From contig CALGLP010000013.1 of assembly GCA_937930175.1 (NCBI GenBank), positions 75,764 through 139,763 on the forward strand: DNA of 64,000 nucleotides, read 5' to 3'. Below are positions 19,038 to 28,091 of the stretch, piece by piece. Every line of letters starts with the position of its first letter. Position 1 is the stretch's first letter. The notes beneath the pieces were generated by a model. The model saw only the letters and a program-made list of their open reading frames with translations, was not told where the DNA came from and ran no database searches. Source of the DNA: an uncultured bacterium (GTDB lineage: Bacteria > Omnitrophota > Gorgyraeia > Zapsychrales > Aceulaceae). The position numbers and the translations under genes are program-made.

Positions 19038-20261
19038 ATGCGTGACATACTGACATTTATTTTAGCCGGAGGCAAGGGCGAGCGACTTGACCCTTTGACC
19101 CGTGACCGTGCCAAGCCCGCAGTTCCGTTTGGTGGCATTTACCGCATCATTGATTTTACCTTAAGTAATTGCATCAATTCTGGGCTTCGCAGGATTTTTG
19201 TCCTCACCCAATACAAGTCGTTTTCTTTGCAAAAACATCTTTTAGCGGGCTGGGATATTTTTTCAAGTCAATTAGGGGAGTTTATTGACGCTATTCCGCC
19301 CCAGCAGCGGGTGAGCTCGGACTGGTATAAAGGTACGGCGGATGCGATTTATCAAAATATTTATGCGATTAAAGATTATAATCCTAAGAAAGTCTTGATC
19401 CTTTCCGGGGACCATGTTTATCGCATGGATTATAGTCGTGTCATTGAGTATCATAATGTTAAGGGCGCGGATGCCACCGTTTGTTGTGTCAAAATGCCAA
19501 AGAGCCTGGCCTCACAGTTTGGCGTTGTGGAAGTAGATAAGCAAGGGTTGATCTGTGGTTTTCAAGAAAAACCACAGAATCCCAAGACTATTCCTGGAGA
19601 CCCGAAACATATTTATGCCTCGATGGGGATTTATTTGTTTAATCGCGAGGTCTTGGTCGATGAGATGACGCTCGACGCTAGCGATAAGGACTCAGGGCAT
19701 GATTTTGGCAAGAATATCATTCCACAGATGATTCAGAAAAAGAAAAAGGTGTTTGCGTATAATTTTGCGGATCGCGATGGCAAGCCGCGTTATTGGCGGG
19801 ATATTGGAACACGCGACTCGTATTATCAGGCTAATATGGATCTTTTAAAGCCACAGCCAAAATTTGATCTTTTTCGCAAGAGTTGGCCTGTGCGCACCTA
19901 TCATGAGCAGTATCCGCCGATTCGTATTCTTTCTTCAGGCTCGGGAATCCAGGCTAAGGCAGGATTGATCTCGAATTGTTTTGTGTCGGGTGGATGCATT
20001 ATTAAGGGCGCGCAGATTAAGCAGTCGATTTTGTCACCCAGTGTGCGCGTGGAAAATGGAGCGCAAATCAGCGATTCCATTCTTATGACGGGGGTTGTTG
20101 TTGGGCGAGGGGCAAGGATTCGTAACGCGATCATTGACAAAGAGGTTGTTATTCCTGATCAATCTGAGATCGGTTATAACCTGGAGCTTGATCGCAAACG
20201 TTTTGCGGTGACGACTTCGGGGATTGTCATTGTGCCCAAAAAGACGTCGTTTGACCGGTAG
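19038..20261 (+). CDS. glgC: glucose-1-phosphate adenylyltransferase
   Basis: FILAGGKGERLDPLTRDRAKPAVPFGG...LSGDHVYRMDY and a C-terminal left-handed beta-helix region. Confidence 0.9.
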   Translation: MRDILTFILAGGKGERLDPLTRDRAKPAVPFGGIYRIIDFTLSNCINSGLRRIFVLTQYKSFSLQKHLLAGWDIFSSQLGEFIDAIPPQQRVSSDWYKGTADAIYQNIYAIKDYNPKKVLILSGDHVYRMDYSRVIEYHNVKGADATVCCVKMPKSLASQFGVVEVDKQGLICGFQEKPQNPKTIPGDPKHIYASMGIYLFNREVLVDEMTLDASDKDSGHDFGKNIIPQMIQKKKKVFAYNFADRDGKPRYWRDIGTRDSYYQANMDLLKPQPKFDLFRKSWPVRTYHEQYPPIRILSSGSGIQAKAGLISNCFVSGGCIIKGAQIKQSILSPSVRVENGAQISDSILMTGVVVGRGARIRNAIIDKEVVIPDQSEIGYNLELDRKRFAVTTSGIVIVPKKTSFDR

Positions 20262-20297
20262 ATTCCTGGGTTGATATTTTGAAGGGTTTGTGAAAAA

Positions 20298-20334
20298 GGG
20301 CTGGCCCCGCGCTTTCGCGGGGCCAGCCCTTTTC
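20298..20334. terminator. bidirectional rho-independent terminator between convergent glgC and the adhesin gene
   Basis: gggctggccccgcg-cttt-cgcggggccagccc GC-rich hairpin followed by TTTTC, with an A-rich stretch on the other side. Confidence 0.8.
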
Positions 20335-20375
20335 TAATTCTTCCATTACCCCTTTAAAATACCTCTAGCAGGCGC

Positions 20376-23300
20376 TTAACGCGTGTTCGGGCTTTTGGGT
20401 ACAAAATGAGCCGTAGCAATCCGATTATTTGTAACACTCGGAATATTAAGCGTCAGTTCAGCACCCTTACCTGCTCCTTTGCCTTCCACTTCCCATTGGA
20501 CGAATTCATAGTTCGCCGGGGTAATCGGGATGAATGTTTCATTAAAAGAACTTCCTGGGGCAACAAGATACGCTAAGATGGTGCCTTCCTCAGGAGTATT
20601 GCTTATTTTCTTGACCAAGGCCCCTAGTGTGCCGTCGGTTTTAACAATAATCGTGTAGCCTCCGACAAAATGCTTCACAATCGAATTAGTTACTTGCCCT
20701 TGCCAGTCAGGGTTATCTGCGCCTGCCCAGGCAGGGAAAGCAAATCCGGGAGCTGAAGGAGTTATTTTCACTTGAGCGCCTGGAGGAACGTTCAGCGAAT
20801 AATTTATGTTCGGAACGGGAATGACTTGAGTTGTTCCGTTGACTACCGCGGTTAATATTGCGGTTGGGATCGCTCCACCATTTTTATTCTTAATCGTTCC
20901 AGATACGGTTATGTACGCATTGCTGTTAACTCCTTTAAAGTGTTTGGCAATGTTGGCAACTCCGACTGTTCCTGACCAGCTAGGGTTATCAGCGCCAGCC
21001 CAGGCAGGGTAGGTGTAGCCGTTAGGCATATTATTCTGAGGGATCAAAGCAACAGAATCTCCCGTAAAAACGTTGAAGGTATATGTGCCGTTGGAGACAT
21101 CGATTAGCTGAGTATTTCCATTAATGACTCTGAGCAGTTTAGCCCCCGGGATAGGCTGATTGGTATAGTAATCACGGACCGTTCCCGAGATGATGATGTT
21201 GCCGACAGCAGGTACACCTTTAAAATCTTTAATGGTGTTAGCTTGCACATAGCCTTCCCAGTTTGGATTCGCACCCCCTGCCCAACCGGGAAACGTATAA
21301 TGAGGAGAGTTAGGCGTATAAGGGGTTATCTTAACGTAATCGTTAGGATGAACAGTAAAGCTGTAGGATCCATTTGATTGAACCGAGACGACAGATTGCT
21401 GGTTATTAACATACGCGGATATTTTTGCGTTTGCAATAGGTTGGCCTGTTTCATAGTGCTTAACTGTTCCAGATACTGTTAGATTAGTTCCGGAAATATT
21501 CACTCCCCTAAAATTCTTAACAGTGTCTTCAAAAACAGTTCCTGACCAGCTAGGGTTGTCCGATTCCTCTGCCCAGGCAGGATAGGTGTAGCCGTTAGCC
21601 GGCGTAGGTGTTACGGATACCTGATCACCCGGGTGGACATTAAAAGAATACGTGCCATTTGAAAGAGTGAGAACTTCAGAGTTTCCGTTGATCGTTTTCG
21701 TTAGCTTTGAATTCTGAATTAATGCATTGGTATAGTGATCGCGTAGCGTTCCGGAAACTGTCACGGTCGTCGCGTCGCTGACCCCTCTGAAATGTTTGGT
21801 AACATTTGTCGTAACACTCCCAAGCCATGAGGGATTGTCCTGTGCTGCCCAATCAGGAAAAGTATAGCCTTCAGCAGACGGGGTTAAAGATACGTTAGAA
21901 CCAGCTCGGACGGTGAAAAGATACTCACCGCCAGGAACATTATAAACTTCAGTAATGCCGTCGGCTACCACGGTTAACTTTGCGGTGGGGATCGGGTTTT
22001 CCGTTTCGTATTCAAGGATCGTTCCTGAGACAACAATCCTTGAGGTGTCTCCAAAAATATAGGCTGATCCCGAATCTTGGCCATTGTCATCATCATAGGG
22101 GCTTCCTACGATAACCGCATTTCCTGAAATGCAAACTTGGAATCCAAAGCGATCAAGATCGCTAGGGCCTGCATCCGATAAAAGAATCCGATTTTCAATC
22201 CACTCTTCATTGAGGTCTTTAGCAAAAACATAAACACCGCTTGTGTCAGCACCTGGTATCCAATGAGGATTGCCTTCTTGAAAATAGGGGCTTCCGATGA
22301 GGGCGTACTTATTTGAAAGCGAAACGGATAGTCCAAACTGTGTTACAGCGCTTGCATCTTCGGGTACGACTTTTTGGTTAGGGTACCAGTTGCCGTCTTC
22401 ATCTTTGATGAGGAAATAAGCAGCGCCGGAAGTGTTTCCGTCTTCTGTATCAAAAGGAGCTCCGACAAGGACCTCGTTTTCCGACATATCAATGGACACA
22501 GATTGGCCAAAGTAAGCAGCTACAGTGTTGTCATCGCTTGAAACCGGGGGTTTTTCATCCCAGCCGTATTCACCTTTTTTGAAGAAATAAACTGCTCCGG
22601 CATCAAAGACTCCATTACTGTCATGTTGAGGAGCTCCGACAACGGCTGTATTTTCAGAAATTGCTACCGAGGTGCCAAAGGCATCGTATGCGTCAAGTCC
22701 GTTTGGAGAAAGCCAGCTTTTTTGGGTCCAGCCTTCGGCATCAGTTTTAACGAAGATATATGCGGCTCCGGGAGGGTTTGGATGTCCGTAGCCTGGACTT
22801 CCGATAATCGCTGTATTTCGGAAAATAGAAACTGATTCGCCGAATCGTGCATTTGCACTAGCCGGGGTTGCAAAAATTTTCTTTACCCGTTCCCATACTC
22901 CTTGAGCATTACGCTTAAAGATGTATGCAGCTCCGGCACGATAACCTTTTTCCCCATCGTGAGGAGCTCCGATGATCACCGTATCTTTTGAGATAGCAAC
23001 AGATCTCCCAAAGAGTGATCCTGCGGCAGGAACATCAGGGAAAAGTTCAATGATTTCTTTCCATACCTTGTCAGCATCTAGCTGAAAAATGTAGGCAGAT
23101 CCATTGTCCGTTGCTTGTGTGAGTGGTGATCCGACAATGGCAGTGTCGCCTGAAATAGAAACAGATTTTCCGAAGTATTCAACAGGATAGCCATATTCGG
23201 GCAAGATTTTCTTTAATCGTTGCCATCCAGGAGCTGTTCCATCGCCAGGGCCTCCAGCTTCTTTTTCTGCTTCCTTAAAGAAAGACTCCGGGATGCGGTT

Positions 23301-23474
23301 AGGGGTTGTTGATTGCTCTACGGCAGCGGGTGCTGATTCAGTTTTGGCATTGCGGTTAAAAGCTTTTGAGCCGTCTACGGCAGCCGAAAAGACCTGGCCG
23401 GGAATAGAGAAGTTGACAAAGATAACCAAGGTTAACAGCCTAGCTAAAAATTTGTTTCTCATTTTTTCCTCCAT
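20376..23474 (-). CDS. large secreted FG-GAP beta-propeller protein with five tandem roughly 95-aa beta-sandwich modules (putative adhesin)
   Basis: Signal peptide. About 7 FG-GAP-like repeats (FGxSVSIsgdTAivGsP...GAAYIF). Then 5 tandem repeats each ending ...YTYPAWAGADNPSWSGTV...KHFKGV. Confidence 0.8.
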   Translation of the reverse strand: MEEKMRNKFLARLLTLVIFVNFSIPGQVFSAAVDGSKAFNRNAKTESAPAAVEQSTTPNRIPESFFKEAEKEAGGPGDGTAPGWQRLKKILPEYGYPVEYFGKSVSISGDTAIVGSPLTQATDNGSAYIFQLDADKVWKEIIELFPDVPAAGSLFGRSVAISKDTVIIGAPHDGEKGYRAGAAYIFKRNAQGVWERVKKIFATPASANARFGESVSIFRNTAIIGSPGYGHPNPPGAAYIFVKTDAEGWTQKSWLSPNGLDAYDAFGTSVAISENTAVVGAPQHDSNGVFDAGAVYFFKKGEYGWDEKPPVSSDDNTVAAYFGQSVSIDMSENEVLVGAPFDTEDGNTSGAAYFLIKDEDGNWYPNQKVVPEDASAVTQFGLSVSLSNKYALIGSPYFQEGNPHWIPGADTSGVYVFAKDLNEEWIENRILLSDAGPSDLDRFGFQVCISGNAVIVGSPYDDDNGQDSGSAYIFGDTSRIVVSGTILEYETENPIPTAKLTVVADGITEVYNVPGGEYLFTVRAGSNVSLTPSAEGYTFPDWAAQDNPSWLGSVTTNVTKHFRGVSDATTVTVSGTLRDHYTNALIQNSKLTKTINGNSEVLTLSNGTYSFNVHPGDQVSVTPTPANGYTYPAWAEESDNPSWSGTVFEDTVKNFRGVNISGTNLTVSGTVKHYETGQPIANAKISAYVNNQQSVVSVQSNGSYSFTVHPNDYVKITPYTPNSPHYTFPGWAGGANPNWEGYVQANTIKDFKGVPAVGNIIISGTVRDYYTNQPIPGAKLLRVINGNTQLIDVSNGTYTFNVFTGDSVALIPQNNMPNGYTYPAWAGADNPSWSGTVGVANIAKHFKGVNSNAYITVSGTIKNKNGGAIPTAILTAVVNGTTQVIPVPNINYSLNVPPGAQVKITPSAPGFAFPAWAGADNPDWQGQVTNSIVKHFVGGYTIIVKTDGTLGALVKKISNTPEEGTILAYLVAPGSSFNETFIPITPANYEFVQWEVEGKGAGKGAELTLNIPSVTNNRIATAHFVPKSPNTR

Positions 23475-23496
23475 TGTAAAGGGTTATAAATAAGTT

Positions 23497-23530
23497 GGGC
23501 CCTATTCTCGAAGAGGTGAGAATAGGGCCC
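23497..23530 (-). promoter_or_regulatory. perfect 13-bp stem-loop in the 5' leader of the adhesin gene
   Basis: gggccctattctc-gaagaggt-gagaatagggccc, about 25 nt upstream (minus orientation) of the GGAGG RBS of the 20376..23474 gene. Confidence 0.4.
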
Positions 23531-23870
23531 ATCAAATCTATTCTTCTTTCGGTAGCCAGGCTCCCCATAAGAATCTGTGGGGCCTTTGGTTCGCCACTAA
23601 AGCATTGGCGAAATCTTCGGCTTTGCGTCCCCGCCTTACAGCGGGTTTGCCTTTTCGAGAAGTGTAATAATCCTGTATTCACAAAGAACATTTCTTATAT
23701 CTTCCCAAAGGATAGCATGAGAATGATGAAAAACAAGGTCATTTAAGGGGGGGGCGAGAAACCGCTTTCTTTAGGCCAAGAACATAGGTGCGTAAGAGTC
23801 CTGGTTATCGTCGAGAAATTACTTTAAGTTAATAGAAAATCGTTGTGAAGGAGGGTGAAAAAAGATGAAA

Positions 23871-23905
23871 AAAGGGCCGCAAAACAGTGTTTTGCGGCCC
23901 TGGAA
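23871..23905 (-). terminator. rho-independent terminator after etfA (end of the bcd-etfB-etfA operon)
   Basis: gggccgcaaaaca-g-tgttttgcggccc hairpin, followed on the minus strand by TTTTTT. Confidence 0.7.
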
Positions 23906-23926
23906 AGTATTTTTGATTCTTTTTAG

Positions 23927-25123
23927 TTATCGATTGAGTGTAGCTTTAAACTTCTTTGTTAAGAGGGGAACAACTTGGAACACATCCCCCACAATACCAT
24001 AGTTGGCTACGGTAAAGATCGGGGCATGGGGATCCTGATTGATCGCAAGAATGATGTTGGAGGATTGCATGCCAACCAGATGTTGGATCTGACCGGAAAT
24101 TCCGCAGGCAATATAGAGCTTGGGGCAAACCGTTTTTCCCGTTTGGCCAACTTGATGGGAGTAGGGCATCCATCCCGCATCGACCGCAGCGCGCGAAGAC
24201 CCAACAGCCCCACCTAAGACCTGCGCAAGTTCTTCGAGCATGGCAAAATTTTCAGGGCCTTTAAGTCCGCGTCCTCCAGAAACAATGATATCCGCTTCCG
24301 CGATATTGATTGTGGAGGTGATTTCCTCAACAATATCCAGAAGTTTTGTTCGTGAGGTGAGAAACGTTTTGGGAATGGCTTCTTCGATGATCTTGCCTTT
24401 ACGCGTTTTATCAACCGCAGCTTCTTTGAAAACTTTGTGACGCACGGTGGCCATTTGCGGACGATGATTCTTGCTTAAAATGGTCGCCATGATATTGCCG
24501 CCAAAGGCTGGTCGTGTTTGCATCAGGAATTTTTCTTTTTCATCGATATCGAGTCCCGTGCAATCGGCGGTGAGGCCGGTGTGCAGCTTAACGGCAACTC
24601 GTGAAATGAGCGACCGGCCGATAAAGGTTGCCCCGCACAAAAAGATTTCAGGCCGATATTTGCGCACTAGGTTAACAATGGTTTTGGTGTAGGGCTCGTC
24701 CAGGTAGTGTTCAAGCTCGACGGTATCAACGATATAGACATTATCTGCCCCACGGGAAATAAGTTCTTGCGCTTTGTCTTTGATGTTGTGGCCCAAGAGA
24801 ACGCAGGAGACATCGCTTCCTAATTTTTCACTTAAATCGCGTGCCTTGCCAAGAAGCTCGTAAACAACGGATTGGATCACGCCTTTTTTCTGCTCAGCAA
24901 AAACCCAAATGCCTTTATATTCTTCGATATTGGGTGTTTTGCTGGAATCTCTCTTGAGATCGATGGCATTAAATTTACAGGAATCAACGCAGGCGCCGCA
25001 GAGGGTGCATTTATCGTAATCAATCACCGCTTTTTTATTGGTCATGGTCAAGGCGCAAAAAGGACAGACCTTGACGCAAAGACTACAGCCAGTACATTGT
25101 TCTTTGATGATTTGAATGCCCAT
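23927..25123 (-). CDS. etfA: electron transfer flavoprotein alpha subunit with an N-terminal 2x[4Fe-4S] ferredoxin domain
   Basis: N-terminal CTGCSLCVKVCP and CTLCGACVDSC motifs, then the EtfA FAD-binding domain (GISGQIQHLVGM...). Confidence 0.85.
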   Translation of the reverse strand: MGIQIIKEQCTGCSLCVKVCPFCALTMTNKKAVIDYDKCTLCGACVDSCKFNAIDLKRDSSKTPNIEEYKGIWVFAEQKKGVIQSVVYELLGKARDLSEKLGSDVSCVLLGHNIKDKAQELISRGADNVYIVDTVELEHYLDEPYTKTIVNLVRKYRPEIFLCGATFIGRSLISRVAVKLHTGLTADCTGLDIDEKEKFLMQTRPAFGGNIMATILSKNHRPQMATVRHKVFKEAAVDKTRKGKIIEEAIPKTFLTSRTKLLDIVEEITSTINIAEADIIVSGGRGLKGPENFAMLEELAQVLGGAVGSSRAAVDAGWMPYSHQVGQTGKTVCPKLYIACGISGQIQHLVGMQSSNIILAINQDPHAPIFTVANYGIVGDVFQVVPLLTKKFKATLNR

Positions 25124-25124
25124 G

Positions 25125-25907
25125 TTAGATCAGCCTATCCTTTAATGCTTCGATAATCTTGGTGGTTGTCTCTTCAGGATCCCCCTCGAGAATGTGCCCT
25201 TTGGGGCGTGGTGGAGGTGTAAAAATTTTAGAAACCCACGTGGGAGAACCCTTGAGGCCTAGTTTTTCTTCTTCGAGATCGAGATCAATAGCTTTCCAAG
25301 AGAGAATTTCGGCTTTTTTGGCCTTCATGCGTCCTTTGAGCGACGGAATGCGAGGTTCGTTGATTTCTTTGACAACGGTCAAAAGGCAGGGCAGGGATGT
25401 TCGAACAATTTCAAAACCTTCCTCGGTCATGCGTTCAACCGTGGCATGATTGTCTTTGACATCTTCAATCTTTTTTACATACGTGACTTGAGGGATGTCC
25501 AGTTGTGTGGCGATGCCGGGCCCAACTTGCGCTGTATCTCCGTCAGAGGCTTGTTTCCCACAGAGGATGATGTCGTAGTCCTTGAGTTTGCGAATCGCCA
25601 TGGCTAGGGTGTAACCTGTGGCCAGAGTATCCGATCCAGCAAACGCACGATCGCTTACCAAACAGGCTTCATCGCAGCCCATCGAGATGGCTTCACGCAA
25701 GGCCGCATCGGCTTGCGGGGGCCCCATGCTGATCACGGTTGTCTTGCCGCCGTATTTTTCTTTAAGACGAACACCTTCTTCAATGGCGTACATGTCAAAG
25801 GGATTAATGATCGACTGGACGCCTTCGCGAATCAGGGTATTGGTAACAGGATCAATGCGCACCTGGGTTGTATCAGGAACTTGTTTAATGCAGACAATGA
25901 TATTCAT
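25125..25907 (-). CDS. etfB: electron transfer flavoprotein beta subunit
   Basis: MNIIVCIKQVPDT... EtfB signature and 260-aa length. Confidence 0.85.
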   Translation of the reverse strand: MNIIVCIKQVPDTTQVRIDPVTNTLIREGVQSIINPFDMYAIEEGVRLKEKYGGKTTVISMGPPQADAALREAISMGCDEACLVSDRAFAGSDTLATGYTLAMAIRKLKDYDIILCGKQASDGDTAQVGPGIATQLDIPQVTYVKKIEDVKDNHATVERMTEEGFEIVRTSLPCLLTVVKEINEPRIPSLKGRMKAKKAEILSWKAIDLDLEEEKLGLKGSPTWVSKIFTPPPRPKGHILEGDPEETTTKIIEALKDRLI

Positions 25908-27064
25908 TAGGATTTGGATGTTTCCTTGATCAAGTTGAGCGCGATAATGTTGCGTTGAATCTGATTGGTGCCTTCATAAATTTGCGTGATCTTGGCATCG
26001 CGCATATATTTTTCAACCGGGTATTCTTTCATGTAACCATAACCGCCAAAGATTTGCACGGCATCGGTTGTGACCTTCATAGCGACATCCGAGGCAAAAA
26101 GCTTGGCCATCGAGGAATCTTTAGAAACCGTTTTGGTGCTGCCTGCATCGATTTGACGTGCGGAGGCGTAAATCAAGGCACGGGCGGCTTCAATTTGTGT
26201 GGCCATGTCGGCGAGCATGAATTGAATGCCTTGAAAACTGGAAATGGATTTTCCAAATTGTTTTCGTTCTTTGGCATATTTGACCGATGCTTCAAAAGCG
26301 CCTTGGGCAATACCCACGGCTTGGGCTCCAATGCCTGGGCGCGACATATCAAATGTTTTCATGGCAATCAGAAATCCTTGGCCTTCTTTGCCGATCATAT
26401 TTTCTTTGGGAACGCGGCAATCGGTAAAAATAAGCTCGCGTGTCGCTGATCCGCGAATACCAAGCTTGTCTTCTTTTTTGCCAAAGGTAAACCCGGGAGT
26501 TCCTTTTTCAACGATAAAGATGCTCGCGCCACGAGCCCCTCTATCTTTGTTGGTCATGGCAACAACGGTGTAGATTTCAGCTTCGCCGCCATTGGTGATG
26601 AAATGTTTTGTTCCATTGAGGATATAGTGATCGCCATCTTTTTTGGCTGTGGTTTGCATGGCACTCGCATCGGATCCAGCGGCGGGCTCGGTAATCGCAA
26701 AGGCTGCGAGTCTTTTTCCTGCCGCAATGCTGGGAAGATATTTTTCTTTTTGTTCTTCACTGCCAAAAAGAAGAATGGGATCTGTCCCTAAGGCTGTTGC
26801 CGAGAAGGCGAGGGCGATGCCTGCGCACCCTCGTGAAAATTCTTCCGTCGCGATGCAGAGCTCTAGAAGACCGCCACCCATGCCACCGTATTTTTCTTCG
26901 ATGTAGACACCAAAGATGTCTGATTCTGCCATGACCTTGACAACTTCCCATGGAAATTCTTCACTTTTATCAAGCTGAGCCGCAATGGGCGTTATTTTTT
27001 CATCGGTAATTTGTCTGCAGAGATCTCTGAGCATCACTTGTTCTTCGGTGAGCAAATAATCCAT
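25907..27064 (-). CDS. bcd: acyl-CoA dehydrogenase (butyryl-CoA dehydrogenase-like)
   Basis: 385 aa. Acyl-CoA dehydrogenase N, middle and C domains (…YEGTNQIQRNIIA…). Confidence 0.85.
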   Translation of the reverse strand: MDYLLTEEQVMLRDLCRQITDEKITPIAAQLDKSEEFPWEVVKVMAESDIFGVYIEEKYGGMGGGLLELCIATEEFSRGCAGIALAFSATALGTDPILLFGSEEQKEKYLPSIAAGKRLAAFAITEPAAGSDASAMQTTAKKDGDHYILNGTKHFITNGGEAEIYTVVAMTNKDRGARGASIFIVEKGTPGFTFGKKEDKLGIRGSATRELIFTDCRVPKENMIGKEGQGFLIAMKTFDMSRPGIGAQAVGIAQGAFEASVKYAKERKQFGKSISSFQGIQFMLADMATQIEAARALIYASARQIDAGSTKTVSKDSSMAKLFASDVAMKVTTDAVQIFGGYGYMKEYPVEKYMRDAKITQIYEGTNQIQRNIIALNLIKETSKS

Positions 27065-27402
27065 TTAATCCTCCGTCTTCATTGACTTTGTTAAAACATT
27101 GGGTGGAAATCAAGGCATTCCAAGGTTTTTTGCATTTCATTAAAGAAGCCTGGAGCCATGATTTCATTGTTGAAACTTTTTCAATACTACCATAACGGGC
27201 AATAAAAAAGCAATATTTTTTTATTTTCTTTTTTCTAGCTTGTTCTTTCCTTATATAGGGGTTTCAGTGAAGGTTGAAGATGATTTTATATGATGAAAGG
27301 ATGTGATCAGTTTTATGTTTTTGAATTCTCCAAAAATGCCAGGAGATGATTAGAAATCGTGATTATTCAGGTTTATAATGTAAAATTGGATAATGTTAGA
27401 GG

Positions 27403-27442
27403 ATGTAAGTTTATGTAAGTTAAAGCATGCCTAAAGCATCAA
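27403..27442. repeat. helically phased short direct repeats in the AT-rich intergenic region
   Basis: gATGTAAGTTtATGTAAGTTAAAGCATgccTAAAGCATc. Two copies of ATGTAAGTT and two of TAAAGCAT at about 10-bp spacing. Confidence 0.3.
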
Positions 27443-27596
27443 AGTGATAAATAGCGCTTAATAGAGTTTATTTATGTTATTTTATGATTTAATACTTGAC
27501 AAACAACATTCAATGTAATAAATTAGATAGCGAAGTCAGACTAACGTATCAAATTGATAATAATTAACAGAAATGATATAAAAGCGAAAGAGCGCG

Positions 27597-27791
27597 ATGG
27601 CATTTGAATCTTTAATGACAATTGATGAGATTGCCGATTATCTTAAGGTTAAGAAGAGAACGGTTTATGATTGGGTTAAAAAGGGCAAAATCCCAGCCAT
27701 TAAGACCGTTGGACAGTGGAGATTTAAAAGAGACCGAATTGATCAATGGCTTGAAGCTCAAAACCAAGGAGGAGGGGCATGGCACATTTAA
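27597..27791 (+). CDS. excisionase-family helix-turn-helix DNA-binding protein
   Basis: 64 aa. TIDEIADYLKVKKRTVYDWVKKGKIPAIKTVGQWRFKRDRIDQWL matches the excisionase/MerR-type HTH_17 pattern. Confidence 0.7.
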   Translation: MAFESLMTIDEIADYLKVKKRTVYDWVKKGKIPAIKTVGQWRFKRDRIDQWLEAQNQGGGAWHI

Positions 27792-28057
27792 CAAAAGAAC
27801 GTTTGGAAAAGGACCTTCGCGGGATGATTGCGGAGATCCTGGAGGTTGAGCCAGGCACGATCGATGGGGATGCGGGATTTGTGAAAGATCTGGGCATGGA
27901 TTCGATGATGGCTCTTGAAATCCTTGCCGGGATTGAAAAGAAATACCGTATTGTTGTTCCTGAAGATACGCTGCCTAAATTTACAACGCTCAACAAGACC
28001 GTCGAGATCGTTTTAAATATTATGATCAATAGCATGAACGATAAGTTTTCCACATAA
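27779..28057 (+). CDS. acyl carrier protein (orphan, not in a fab operon)
   Basis: 92 aa. Phosphopantetheine attachment motif LGMDSMMALE. GGAGGAGGGG RBS. Overlaps the HTH gene by 13 nt. Confidence 0.75.
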   Translation: MAHLTKERLEKDLRGMIAEILEVEPGTIDGDAGFVKDLGMDSMMALEILAGIEKKYRIVVPEDTLPKFTTLNKTVEIVLNIMINSMNDKFST

Positions 28058-28091
28058 CGACGAACGATGATTTTTAATAGAAAGGTTTTTT

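Noticed and set aside
27065-27596. Possible replication origin (AT-rich, near smc)
   Set aside because: I could not find convincing DnaA boxes (TTATCCACA/TGTGGATAA). The best matches are 7/9 (ttggataat). dnaA and dnaN are not adjacent. It is treated as a promoter/operator region instead.
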